Under the pieces are notes generated by a model. It worked only from the letters and a program-made list of their open reading frames with translations, did not search any database and had not been told where the DNA came from. Positions 45,877 through 56,326 of a stretch of DNA of 64,000 bases are shown piece by piece. Source of the stretch: an uncultured Planctomycetaceae bacterium (lineage in GTDB: Bacteria > Planctomycetota > Planctomycetia > Pirellulales > UBA1268); assembly GCA_913052575.1 (NCBI GenBank), contig CAJXFK010000003.1, positions 1,511 through 65,510 on the forward strand, written 5' to 3'. The position numbers and the translations under genes are program-made. Numbering within the stretch: the first letter of the stretch is position 1; every line of letters starts with the position of its first letter.

Positions 45877-48800
45877 GCTCCAGCAATTGGTGCCCCATTT
45901 GGCGAGCCGCCGAATGCAGATGTTCCAGCGGCCGAATCAGAGAGTCCCGCACCACCGGCAAACTGAGTGCCAGACAAAAATCTTGGCTCAATGGCAAACG
46001 TCACGCCAACATTATTACGGCTATAGTCAACATTAAATCCAAAACTCATCAAGAACGATTCACCTATCCGGACAAGTTGAAACCGCTGACCAATATTAGC
46101 GCCTGTAAGGTCAACAGACGACCCAAAGGAACTTGCCCACTTTGGGCTCATTCGATACGTATACGAACCAGTAAGAACACTTGCGGTGATAGGACCACCA
46201 AATGATTGGTATCCCATATACACACTTCCCCGAGCTGACCGATTCAACAGAGCACCGACGGTATAAAGCTGTTGACCGCCAGTGAAAAAATCGACGTCAG
46301 CAGTCGACAAAATAGTTGTACGGTCACCGACATGCCAGCGAAAATCGTATTGCCAGAGTCCCAGGACCTGGCCAAAATTCTGGCTCGTCGTTGGAAAGAA
46401 TTCACCATCAATATCAAAAACAACCCAGTCAACAATCCGGCGGTTGCCATAAGGCCCTCGTTTTGTCTGCCAACGCTGTCGAGCGCCGACACGGAAGGCT
46501 GTCAGGTCATTCACCACCTCACTTGGCCCAGTCACCCAGCTACCAATTCCACGACGAATTGCATATGAACGCGGATCATATCGACCATTATTAGGACCTC
46601 TTCCTGAACCTGCGAAATCAAATGGCGATACGGCATAGTAAGGGTTCGGTGATACTCCTGGTGGTGGCGTATTTTGAAAATCAAAAAAGGCAATATTTCG
46701 TCGGTACTGATTAATTGTATCGTCATCTAACTGGTCATAGAGTGGAAATTGGTTAACGTCTTTCGTCGCATCAGCATACGAGAACTCGGCTTCAAAGATT
46801 ACTTTGTGGGCCAAACCATGGAGATTCCAGAGCCTACTCTCGACGGAATTGTCAGAAGTCCACATCGGCAAGCTTGAACGAATTCCAACTTGACCATATG
46901 CACGATCAATACTGCTAGGTGCTGCTCCTGTGAAAGGATCACCCACATCTTGCCCCCAGTGTCCAAGCTCACCCAGCGCATAAGGGACAAGCTTGACCGG
47001 GCCCGCCTGAAACGGCAGATCAATTTCCTGGCGCGTGACTAACCGCTCACCAATAACGTTGTTCTCGTACGGAAGAAGTGTCCACAGAGAATATCCTTGG
47101 CCTGGATTAGGCCCTCCCGGGACATTGTTACCCTGTGGTGCAGCCGGTAAAGCCTGACGAACATATGAGATACTTGAATGTTCGTACCAGGAAAGCGCAT
47201 CGCGCAAGAGGGGCTGTGCCATCCAATGATGATCAAGTCTTGGCCACCACTCACTCTGCGTCAAGAATGGATCTACCCGCAAACTCGTTAAAAGACGCCA
47301 CTGACGATTATCTGTCGGTCTACGTAAATCAAGCCATGTACGTTGCTCATACCCTTCTTCCCACTCAGATTCGTAGTACTCTTCAAGAAAATTAAAGTCA
47401 CTGATCCAACCAGCCGCTCCTCGTGCTTGCCATCCTGCAACAAGATCTTGACGATGCCTCCAGAACGATCGACCTCGAAAAGCACCCTGATAGCCTGGAT
47501 ATGTAAAGTCTCGCCTTTGAAGACCAAGGTTATCTATCCCTCGATCAACGACGAACCATGCATCAGCGATTCCATTTGCGGGCGTACCAAGCCCCAGAAA
47601 CTGCGGTCGATTATAAAGCAAAGACGTGCCGCCCCCTGGCCCTCTCAGGCTGAGATAATCGATATTAAAATCCCAGTCGACACCAGACGGTGCATCTTGC
47701 CAGCCGAGAACCTGAAACGCGTCCCAGCTTGTTAAGACCTGCGTACCAAGAATCTGATCATTCTTAATTTTTAAATCATTAATATAGAAGGTCGGCTTTG
47801 TTGCATTGGTGGCAAGTACTGGCCACCATAAAATTGGGACACCGCCAAGCGTCACAGTATTTCCACGGCTCGTTACACGTTGCCGATGCTCAATAGCTGG
47901 CTCGCCCGTAAGTGGGTCAATCATTGGCATACCAAATGGTCCAGGGAGCGGCACCTGCTCATCGGTAAATGTCATTTCTCGGGAGCGAAACTCCCACGTT
48001 GGAGTTCCCATACGACTTGTCGTCAGGCCACTCCTTTGTGCAACAAAACGGCTACGGTCAACTTGCCGAAGTACATCTGCTCGCAAACGTATTAAGCCCG
48101 CATAACTTTCGACTGGAGTGAGAACAGAAGCGCCTGTGATGACACCACTTGATCGGGGCACGTCATAAAACATACTGACAGCCTCAATCACACGCTGGCC
48201 CTGCCGAAAAACGACATTGCCCTCCATATAAAGTTCGAGTGGTGCATCTGCAGCCTGAGCAGCATCCCCTCCAAGATCTGGCTGTTCCTGGCCACGAGTC
48301 CAAATAACCATTCGATCAGCAGAAATATCGAGTGGCCCTGCCGGATCCACTCCATCAATCACCAGATTGATTCCTGATGTAATTACAGCGACCCACTCTG
48401 GCCCTGACGGACTTGGAAACCACTGAACGGCAAGTGGCATACTTGATCGAGGAAAAGCCCGCAACCGACGGCCTGCTGTGATCGTTTGCTTTGACGGAAC
48501 AATGACACCGCCATTAGCATCACCAAACTCTGCAAATTGTGCTGGCTCAACTTCATTGATTACTTCCTCACCAGAAACGAGTTCGATTTCTGATGACGGC
48601 ATTGGTGTAATGTTTGCAGGCGCCTCATAGACAGCTGGCCTACTTCCCGAGGCCACAACACTTTTAAAATCAAGTTTTGGATCACGAATAATTGTAAAGC
48701 GGCCAGACCAACGATCACTACGAATCGTGGCAACATGTTCACCATCAACTGCAGAAGAAACACTTCTTCGTACTTCTACCCCTCCAGCCATTCGAACAAG

Positions 48801-49460
48801 AACCGTTCGAACTGTTGGGACCTCTACCCCCTCTCTTGTTTCCTCACCTTCAGGCTGCTGTTCAATCCATATGACAGCCTCATGAGAATCGACTGCGGTA
48901 AGACCTTGAGAAAGCTCGACTCCTCCCGTGAGATGCCACACTTCGTAAGAGCCCTCTGTCCAGCGTGATGCCTGGGTAGCAGTAATGTTCAGGAGTTCCT
49001 GAGGATTTGCAGCAGGCACTTCGATCTGGCCAGCCTCTGCGATAGCCGCTGCCAACCCACGTGCCGGCAAACTGGCGAGTACACCACTAGAGTTATGAGG
49101 GGCTGGTAGCTGCGCACGCGCTGTGCTCCAACACGTGCTTAAGAAAACCAAAAGCCAGACGATGGCTGCACTACCCGGCAACAAAGTTTCCGGAAGTCGA
49201 TGACGTACCGATAGAAAACGTCTCTTCGCTCCAGGTGGTCCTGGACCGAAATGACATTCTCCGGAATGATCGTTATGAATGAGGTTTTGAGGCACGCGCA
49301 CCCGCTGTACCGATACCACCAGGGCTCGGCTAATAGGGGAAACAAAACTAGGAGCGGGACTATAATCACGGGCTAAAATTCCGGTCAAGGTGTCGAAAAT
49401 TTGTAGGGAATTTGGAAGACTAGGTGAACCATCCGGGTAAACTGGGTGGTTCAGTCTCAA
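45861..49460 (-). CDS. lptD: Giant outer-membrane LptD/OstA-like protein (start uncertain, probably internal to the ORF)
   Basis: Signal-like AAIVWLLVFLSTCWSTARAQ at ORF residues 98-117. Two OstA-N-like segments (W.LTGGVELSQG....DSHEAVIW; ADRMVIW....LELYMEGNVVFRQGQRVIEA.SMFYD). Long Gly/aromatic-rich C-terminal region compatible with a beta-barrel. Confidence 0.5.
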   Translation of the reverse strand: MRLNHPVYPDGSPSLPNSLQIFDTLTGILARDYSPAPSFVSPISRALVVSVQRVRVPQNLIHNDHSGECHFGPGPPGAKRRFLSVRHRLPETLLPGSAAIVWLLVFLSTCWSTARAQLPAPHNSSGVLASLPARGLAAAIAEAGQIEVPAANPQELLNITATQASRWTEGSYEVWHLTGGVELSQGLTAVDSHEAVIWIEQQPEGEETREGVEVPTVRTVLVRMAGGVEVRRSVSSAVDGEHVATIRSDRWSGRFTIIRDPKLDFKSVVASGSRPAVYEAPANITPMPSSEIELVSGEEVINEVEPAQFAEFGDANGGVIVPSKQTITAGRRLRAFPRSSMPLAVQWFPSPSGPEWVAVITSGINLVIDGVDPAGPLDISADRMVIWTRGQEQPDLGGDAAQAADAPLELYMEGNVVFRQGQRVIEAVSMFYDVPRSSGVITGASVLTPVESYAGLIRLRADVLRQVDRSRFVAQRSGLTTSRMGTPTWEFRSREMTFTDEQVPLPGPFGMPMIDPLTGEPAIEHRQRVTSRGNTVTLGGVPILWWPVLATNATKPTFYINDLKIKNDQILGTQVLTSWDAFQVLGWQDAPSGVDWDFNIDYLSLRGPGGGTSLLYNRPQFLGLGTPANGIADAWFVVDRGIDNLGLQRRDFTYPGYQGAFRGRSFWRHRQDLVAGWQARGAAGWISDFNFLEEYYESEWEEGYEQRTWLDLRRPTDNRQWRLLTSLRVDPFLTQSEWWPRLDHHWMAQPLLRDALSWYEHSSISYVRQALPAAPQGNNVPGGPNPGQGYSLWTLLPYENNVIGERLVTRQEIDLPFQAGPVKLVPYALGELGHWGQDVGDPFTGAAPSSIDRAYGQVGIRSSLPMWTSDNSVESRLWNLHGLAHKVIFEAEFSYADATKDVNQFPLYDQLDDDTINQYRRNIAFFDFQNTPPPGVSPNPYYAVSPFDFAGSGRGPNNGRYDPRSYAIRRGIGSWVTGPSEVVNDLTAFRVGARQRWQTKRGPYGNRRIVDWVVFDIDGEFFPTTSQNFGQVLGLWQYDFRWHVGDRTTILSTADVDFFTGGQQLYTVGALLNRSARGSVYMGYQSFGGPITASVLTGSYTYRMSPKWASSFGSSVDLTGANIGQRFQLVRIGESFLMSFGFNVDYSRNNVGVTFAIEPRFLSGTQFAGGAGLSDSAAGTSAFGGSPNGAPIAGAYGLE

Positions 49461-49476
49461 TCAGGACGACATTGGA

Positions 49477-51777
49477 ATGCCTCTCGCACCTTCTAAATTA
49501 ACCAGTTTCGCTAATAAGCTATCCTGCGAACTCGTCAGGCATCGTCTCATTTTCATGCTTTTTGGTATTGCAATCGGACTCCTTTCAGTTGAGCAATCTC
49601 GACACCTGGAATATTCTCAGTCCATTGATGCCATGTTTGATCGGAGTGATTCGGCACTTCCTCCATTCCATCGACTTGGGCGAACGTTTAGTGCGAGCTC
49701 TATTGTGCTCGCCGTCTATGACGAGCCGGAGCTATTTCAACTCACTGGATTTTCCCGTCTTGAGGAATTAACGAAACGCCTATCTGAGCTACCTGGCGTA
49801 CATGCAGCGACGAGTTTAGCAACAACACCACTCGGTTCTGGCATTATCGATACTGAAAATAATTCAACCGCTGAGAATCTTGTTCGGCTCATGGAGGGAT
49901 ATACGGTTGGAACAGATCGCCAAACTGCTGCTGTTGTCTGTGTCCTTTCTGAAAAAGAGCAACCAACAATAGAGCAATCAACTGCTCAGCAAGATCGTAC
50001 CGGAAAAACAATCGATGCTATTAGAGCCATCATGCAAGAATATCCAGCCGGGACAATCGCTGGCGAATCAGTTATGCTTCGGGATGGATTTGCCATGCTT
50101 CGCCGTGACGGAAATGTTCTTGGTATAACAGCGGGGTTACTTGCTTCGGTAGTGCTGCTTGTTTTGTTCCGAAGCATCCGATGGCTCTTTGCACCACTTG
50201 CTGTAGTGGTCCTAGCCTTATGGTCAACTCGTGGCCTGCTTGCAACAGTTGGCCAAAAAATCACCATGGTATCGACCATGCTTTCCGCGATGATCACCGT
50301 CGTAGCGATCGCAACTACAGTTCACATCATTGTTGAATTCCGACGAAGGCTAAATGATGGCGAAGCACCCCAACAGGCACTCACGAATACGCTTCGAACG
50401 CTTTTCTGGCCCATTATTGGTGCAATTATTACTGATATCATCGGCTTTGGTTCACTTATCGCCAGCAACGTAGGACCTGTCCATGATTTCGGAATCATGA
50501 CAGTAATTGGTGCTGCAATGGTGCTTGTTGCCGTTGGACTTGTCATCCCCTGGTTTGCGCTCGTGGGGCAAAACAGCACGACGAATCGAGATCGGCAAGG
50601 AGAAGAACACCTCGACACCTATCTTAATCATCTTGTTTACCGGATTACTCAACATCCAAAACCAATACTCTTTTGTTCTTTGGCAATCATTGCATTCGCA
50701 GGGGTGGGGCTTTTTCAGCTCCAAGTCGAAACAGACTTCACAAAGAACTTTCGGCCAACAAGCCCTATCGTCAAGTCTTATGACATGGTTGAATCTCGAC
50801 TCGGAGGTGCGGGTGTTTGGGATATTTTAATTCCAGTTAAACAGCCGATTGACGCTAAAGATCTTGGTCGTATCCGTGATCTAGAAAGTCGAATCCGAAA
50901 TGAATCAACAGCTGAAACGACGACTCAAGGTCTTACCAAAGTCCTCAGCATTGTTGATCTTCTTGATGCTATTTCACCAGTTCCTCTGGCTGAACTACAA
51001 AACTCTCCCGTCGGCAACATGATGGTTGGAACAGCGGTGAGTGTTTTCCAACAACAACTGCCGCAGCTTGCAACAAGTCTTATAGGCACAGATCCCCTCG
51101 ACAATTCAACATGGTTACGAGTCATGCTTCGAGCACGTGAAAAACAACCAGCTTTTTTAAAGCGATTACTCATTAATCGTGTCCGGATGACCGTCACAGA
51201 ACTGTTTCCGCAAACAACAACGACCCCAGCCGGTGAAGTAACTGGATTTTTTGTTCTACTTGCTCAACTTGTTGAGCGAATGATTCAAGATCAGTGGCTC
51301 ACTTTCCTTATAGCGGCAGTTGGCATTTTCATCTTCCTGTCGATTGGTTTTCAGAGTGTCATTATTGGTGGGATAACGCTGATCCCTAACACTCTTCCCA
51401 TAGTCTTTATTCTCGGAATACTCGGCTGGGTGGGAGAACCAATTAATATGGGGACTGCAATGATTGCTGCGGTATCCCTCGGACTTTCTGTGGACAGCTC
51501 CATCCACTACACGACTGCTTTTCGTCGCCACCTCTATCAACAAGGTCTCATTACCGAAGCACTTCAGGCTGCTCATCAGACAGCTGGACGAGCAATGATA
51601 TTTTCGACACTTGCCCTCGTTGTCGGCTTCCTTGCACTAACGACAAGTGAATTCATACCAACCGTCTCTTTTGGAAGACTCTCTTGCCTTACTCTACTGG
51701 GTGGTCTTCTTGGAAACCTTCTTGTCCTACCAGTTCTCCTTTCACTTGCAGCACGACGATTTCATTGGGCGAGTTGA
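49477..51777 (+). CDS. MMPL/RND-superfamily exporter
   Basis: 766 aa. Two blocks of about 6 TM helices separated by soluble loops. Sterol-sensing-like segments (MLSAMITVVAIATTVHI; GTAMIAAVSLGLSVDSSIHY). Confidence 0.7.
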   Translation: MPLAPSKLTSFANKLSCELVRHRLIFMLFGIAIGLLSVEQSRHLEYSQSIDAMFDRSDSALPPFHRLGRTFSASSIVLAVYDEPELFQLTGFSRLEELTKRLSELPGVHAATSLATTPLGSGIIDTENNSTAENLVRLMEGYTVGTDRQTAAVVCVLSEKEQPTIEQSTAQQDRTGKTIDAIRAIMQEYPAGTIAGESVMLRDGFAMLRRDGNVLGITAGLLASVVLLVLFRSIRWLFAPLAVVVLALWSTRGLLATVGQKITMVSTMLSAMITVVAIATTVHIIVEFRRRLNDGEAPQQALTNTLRTLFWPIIGAIITDIIGFGSLIASNVGPVHDFGIMTVIGAAMVLVAVGLVIPWFALVGQNSTTNRDRQGEEHLDTYLNHLVYRITQHPKPILFCSLAIIAFAGVGLFQLQVETDFTKNFRPTSPIVKSYDMVESRLGGAGVWDILIPVKQPIDAKDLGRIRDLESRIRNESTAETTTQGLTKVLSIVDLLDAISPVPLAELQNSPVGNMMVGTAVSVFQQQLPQLATSLIGTDPLDNSTWLRVMLRAREKQPAFLKRLLINRVRMTVTELFPQTTTTPAGEVTGFFVLLAQLVERMIQDQWLTFLIAAVGIFIFLSIGFQSVIIGGITLIPNTLPIVFILGILGWVGEPINMGTAMIAAVSLGLSVDSSIHYTTAFRRHLYQQGLITEALQAAHQTAGRAMIFSTLALVVGFLALTTSEFIPTVSFGRLSCLTLLGGLLGNLLVLPVLLSLAARRFHWAS

Positions 51778-51850
51778 AGCCTCGCGGGCTGACTGCAACA
51801 CTCCATATGTCCGAGTTAGATACCTGTAAAAATACAAAAAGGGCCATACG

Positions 51851-53377
51851 ATGTCGTCTGAGTTTCTAAACTACACGCAAACTAATTCTGAAACTTCTGC
51901 TATAAGCGCAGAGCCATCTGCTGATCCAGCTCACTTCAAGGCCGATGCCCTTGTCGTATTTCTCGAGTCTGACGGCCTTCGAGGACCACTTATTGAAATT
52001 GATAAATCTACTGGTGGCTTACTACAGCAACTCTTTCAACAAGGAGAACTCACAGGGAAACGATATGAATGCATTCCACTTTATGCTCCAAACGGACTTG
52101 CCTGCAAACAATTACTCATAGTCGGCATCGGTTCTCGCGAAGAAGTTCATGCCGGTGTGTTGTACGAAGCCTCTGGAGCCGCAGCACGGAGACTCTCTGG
52201 TCAACCAAGAGCAACTATTGGTTTTCTTGCTGATGGTACTTGGTCAAACGAGGAACTAGAACAGGCCGTTGCTGGATCGATCATGGGCGTCGCTGGACAG
52301 GACTTGTATCGTTCGGAAAAACATCAAACACCTTTTGAAAAGACCGTCTGGTTGCAGGCACCTGTCGAGGTTGTCCAACGGGGCAGCATCATCGGTGAGG
52401 GTGTAAAACTTGCCCGCCGCCTCGTCAACATGCCACCAGATGACCTATACCCAGAGACTTTTGCTGAGGAGGCAGCAACAATAGCCGGACGTGTTGGACT
52501 TGAAATTGAAATCTGGGATCAGGCACGCCTTGAGAGAGAACGTTGCCAGGCGTTGCTCGCGGTTGCCCGAGGAAGCACTCGAGCACCCCGTATTGTTCTC
52601 ATGCATTACAGAGGCCCCGGATGCAACGATACATCTCCGAGGGTAGCTCTTGTCGGCAAAGGTGTGACATTCGATTCTGGGGGCCTTTCTCTGAAGACTT
52701 CCGAGGGAATGCTTGCTATGAAGTGTGACATGGCCGGAGCTGCTGCCGCACTTGGAGCTATAGCATCAATCGCAGCACTGAAAATCCCAATTCACGTCGT
52801 AGCTGCCGTTGGACTTGTTGAGAATATGACTGGTGGCAATGCCTACAAACTAGGAGATGTCGTAACGGCTCGAAGTGGTACAACAATTGAAATCCACAAC
52901 ACTGACGCTGAGGGCCGAGTCGTTCTTGCTGATGTACTGGACGTTGTCGCTGACCTAAAGCCCTCCTGCATTATCGATGCTGCCACACTCACGGGCGCAT
53001 GCATGGTTGCTCTTGGTCGAGATATAGCCGGCATTTTCACGAATAACCAAGCGTATTGTGATGTACTAGAAAATGCTGCAACTTCAGTCGGAGAAAGAGT
53101 CTGGCAACTCCCAATGGATAAAGATTTTAATAGTCAGATATTTAGTGATGTCGCTGACATTAAGAACGTTGGTGACGGTCGACTCGGTGGCGCAATAACC
53201 GCGGCAAAACTCCTGGAGAGATTTGTTCGAAACATCCCTTGGATTCATGTCGATATCGCAGGACCGGCGTTCGCTGATAAACCACGCCCCTCGATTGCAG
53301 GTGGAGGAACAGGCTCAATGGTCCGATCTTTTATTGAATTTGCAAAGCGTATTGCATCGATAAAGCTTGATGAATAG
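51851..53377 (+). CDS. pepA: Leucyl aminopeptidase (M17)
   Basis: VGKGVTFDSGGLSLK, MKCDMAGAAA and the NTDAEGRVVLAD signature. Confidence 0.93.
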   Translation: MSSEFLNYTQTNSETSAISAEPSADPAHFKADALVVFLESDGLRGPLIEIDKSTGGLLQQLFQQGELTGKRYECIPLYAPNGLACKQLLIVGIGSREEVHAGVLYEASGAAARRLSGQPRATIGFLADGTWSNEELEQAVAGSIMGVAGQDLYRSEKHQTPFEKTVWLQAPVEVVQRGSIIGEGVKLARRLVNMPPDDLYPETFAEEAATIAGRVGLEIEIWDQARLERERCQALLAVARGSTRAPRIVLMHYRGPGCNDTSPRVALVGKGVTFDSGGLSLKTSEGMLAMKCDMAGAAAALGAIASIAALKIPIHVVAAVGLVENMTGGNAYKLGDVVTARSGTTIEIHNTDAEGRVVLADVLDVVADLKPSCIIDAATLTGACMVALGRDIAGIFTNNQAYCDVLENAATSVGERVWQLPMDKDFNSQIFSDVADIKNVGDGRLGGAITAAKLLERFVRNIPWIHVDIAGPAFADKPRPSIAGGGTGSMVRSFIEFAKRIASIKLDE

Positions 53378-53407
53378 TAAGTTACCGCACTCTGTAGAAT
53401 CAAAAGC

Positions 53408-55204
53408 TCATCCCAAAAGGCTTTCGAGTTCATCAACAAGTTCGCCAAACCTTACCAGTGCCAAACTAACGGGCTCGGGAGTCTCCAGATCTACGCCCGC
53501 ATCACGAAGCAAATCGAGCGGCCATTTCGAGCATCCGCCACGCAAAAAGTTTAAGTACGCGGCCAGTTCCTCCGGGCCACCCTCAGCAACTTTTTTCGCG
53601 AGAGTGATCGATGCTGACAATCCAGTTGCGTACTTATAAACATAGAATGCCCGATAAAAATGGGGTATCCGAAGACTCTCTAGCTCGAGTTCCTCATCAA
53701 CCGCAAAACCTGACCCAAAATATTCATTGAGTAGTTCCCGATAGAGAGTTCGAATTTTCTCGAGGGTTAATGGCTCGCCAGACTCAACTGACGCGTGACT
53801 CATTCGTTCGAATTCGGCAAACATGGTCTGACGAATAATTGTTCCACGAATCGCATCGATCTCACGAGAAATGATTGCTGCTCGTTGTTTGGGTGAACTG
53901 GCTTTCGATAAAAGATGACGAGTCAGCAACTGTTCATTAAATGTACTGGCAACCTCAGCAACAAATATCGTGTATCCGGCATGCTGAAATGGCTGGGCTT
54001 CAGCCGACAACCGAGTGTGCATTGAGTGGCCTGCTTCATGAGCCAGCGTAAAAACGTGCTCAATAACATCTTCTTGATAATTCATCAGGATATACGGGTC
54101 AGAATCGTATGTTCCTGAACTAAATGCGCCCGACTGTTTACCTATGTTCGGATACCGATCACACCACCGACCACGCAAGCCAACCTCAAGTTTGCTGCAA
54201 TACGCGTCTCCAAGCGGATGAAGTGAAGTCAGAATTTCTTCAACTGCTTCGTCCCACGTATGCTTCTGATCCAGTTCAGGCACCAGTGGAACATAACAAT
54301 CGTAATGGTGAATCTCATCAAGCCCGAGAAGACGCCGACGCAATTCATAATAGCGGTGGACTATCGGAAGATGTTCGCGGACTGCAGAAACAAGTTGATC
54401 ATAAACAGCAATTGGAACATTATCTGCAAATAATGCTGACTCAACGGCCGAGGGATGCCGCCTTACCTTGGCTGCATATGCATCACGTTCATTCGAACCA
54501 GCAAGGGTCGCTGCCAGCGTGTTCGCATGAGCCTTATACTGGTCATAATATTGATGAAAGGCATTTTTCCGGACCTCATGCACAGGGTCGTGTAGCAGTG
54601 TCGTAAACGTTGCATTGGAAAGCTCAAGTTCATTGCCCTTGCCATCAGTCATGGTGCCAAATTTCATGTCGGCATCCGTCAATTGACGAAAAACTTTTCC
54701 TGCAGTGCCCGCAAAAGTCCCTTGCATTGCCAATAATCTTTCTTCCGGCTCTGAAAGCACATGCGGGCGATTTCGGACGACTCGTTCAAGCATTAAGCGA
54801 TAGGGTTGCAACTCAGGCGTTTCGAGCCACTCTTCCAGAACAGATGCGTCAATCGCCATAATTTCCGGCTGCAAGAAACTGGCGAATTCGCCGGCTCTCG
54901 TGGCTGCATGCTGAAAACGCCCTGTCATTCGCTGTGCAGGCGTCGCCGCTGTGTCCTCACTCATACGCAGATGGGCATATGTCCCAAGCCTATCGGCTTC
55001 ACGATCAACCTCTAAGTCAAAGGCCAGGCACTTGGCAAGTTGCTCAGGCGATTCACCAAGTGTTCCAACATAATCTCGAAAAAGAGGAATACGTTTTTCC
55101 CATACGAGCAGTGCCTCATCCCAGTCAGCGTCAGTGGCAAAAAGACTCTCAAGATTCCAGGTATCACCCGTTATAACATCTGATCGTTTTGGTAAAGATT
55201 TCAT
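53408..55204 (-). CDS. pepF: Oligoendopeptidase F (M3B)
   Basis: 598 aa. FTLAHEAGHSMH is the HExxH motif. The N-terminus reads W.LE.LF......W, typical of PepF. Confidence 0.88.
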   Translation of the reverse strand: MKSLPKRSDVITGDTWNLESLFATDADWDEALLVWEKRIPLFRDYVGTLGESPEQLAKCLAFDLEVDREADRLGTYAHLRMSEDTAATPAQRMTGRFQHAATRAGEFASFLQPEIMAIDASVLEEWLETPELQPYRLMLERVVRNRPHVLSEPEERLLAMQGTFAGTAGKVFRQLTDADMKFGTMTDGKGNELELSNATFTTLLHDPVHEVRKNAFHQYYDQYKAHANTLAATLAGSNERDAYAAKVRRHPSAVESALFADNVPIAVYDQLVSAVREHLPIVHRYYELRRRLLGLDEIHHYDCYVPLVPELDQKHTWDEAVEEILTSLHPLGDAYCSKLEVGLRGRWCDRYPNIGKQSGAFSSGTYDSDPYILMNYQEDVIEHVFTLAHEAGHSMHTRLSAEAQPFQHAGYTIFVAEVASTFNEQLLTRHLLSKASSPKQRAAIISREIDAIRGTIIRQTMFAEFERMSHASVESGEPLTLEKIRTLYRELLNEYFGSGFAVDEELELESLRIPHFYRAFYVYKYATGLSASITLAKKVAEGGPEELAAYLNFLRGGCSKWPLDLLRDAGVDLETPEPVSLALVRFGELVDELESLLG

Positions 55205-55234
55205 TTTTCTTCCTACCGAAAATTCAACATAGTA

Positions 55235-56263
55235 TTAAAGCCGCCAAACACCACTGCCCCAAGCTAATCCACCACCGAATCCACAAATTAATACCGTACT
55301 ACCAGAACCTATTCGCCCAGCACGCCAGGCTTCATCGACAGCAAGAGGAATAGATCCACTCGATGTGTTTCCGTATCGATCAAGATTGATGAGAAACTGC
55401 TCCTCCTTCAAGCCAAGAGCAGATCGAACACCATCAATTATTCGAAGGTTTGCCTGGTGAAGAATAAAGCAATCAATAGACTCCATCGGTACGCCTGAAT
55501 GCTCAATGACTTGACGAACATTCTCTTCGACTAGTCGTATTGCCCATTTGAAAACTGCTCTACCATCCATCTTCATATATTGATCACCAGCGGCAACACC
55601 CTCCGCTGTAACTGGCTGCCGAGTACCACTCATTGGGCAGACAAGCAAATCGGATCCACGGCCATCCGAGCCGAGTGACCAAGCAAGCAAACCTGTACTT
55701 TCTTGCTTTTCTTCAGTCCTTTCCAACAAGACCGCACCAGCACCATCACCAAAGAGTGGCCAGGTTTTTACATCTGCAGGATTCACAACACGTGAATTCG
55801 TATCAACACCAATAACCATCGCAAGATTGCTTGAGCCTGTCGCAAGAAATTGCCCTGCTGTCACAAGTGCGTAAGCGAAACCAGCACACGCTGCTGTCAC
55901 ATCCATCGCTGGGGCATTAAGACCGAGCTTTTCTTGAACGATACAGGCCGTGGATGGAAGACTGGTGTCAGGCGTAAATGTTCCAAGAACGAGCAAATCC
56001 ACCTCTTCGCGACGGCTTGGATATGCAGCAATCGCTCGTTCTGCCGCTTGAAAAGCAAGATCACTTGTCGCCATCCCAGGATCAACATGCCGACGTTCTT
56101 GTATGCCCGACCGACTCAGGATCCATTCCGGGTCACATCCAAGGTGACCAAGGTCCGCGTTCGTAACGACTCTTTGTGGAACAGCACTGCCAGAAGAAAC
56201 AACACGAAAACCTAGAGCACGACCGAATCGTGATGGCCGAGGAGAGGTAAGTATTTCGGACAT
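55235..56263 (-). CDS. fabH: 3-oxoacyl-ACP synthase III
   Basis: AACAGFAYAL carries the active-site Cys. Also has HQANLRII, GNTSSGSIPL and a C-terminal GFGGGLAWG. Confidence 0.9.
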   Translation of the reverse strand: MSEILTSPRPSRFGRALGFRVVSSGSAVPQRVVTNADLGHLGCDPEWILSRSGIQERRHVDPGMATSDLAFQAAERAIAAYPSRREEVDLLVLGTFTPDTSLPSTACIVQEKLGLNAPAMDVTAACAGFAYALVTAGQFLATGSSNLAMVIGVDTNSRVVNPADVKTWPLFGDGAGAVLLERTEEKQESTGLLAWSLGSDGRGSDLLVCPMSGTRQPVTAEGVAAGDQYMKMDGRAVFKWAIRLVEENVRQVIEHSGVPMESIDCFILHQANLRIIDGVRSALGLKEEQFLINLDRYGNTSSGSIPLAVDEAWRAGRIGSGSTVLICGFGGGLAWGSGVWRL

Positions 56264-56326
56264 CAGATTCTCGTTGAAACAAAATTCAATGTATTTATTA
56301 CGAGCAGGCCAACAAATCGTAATATT

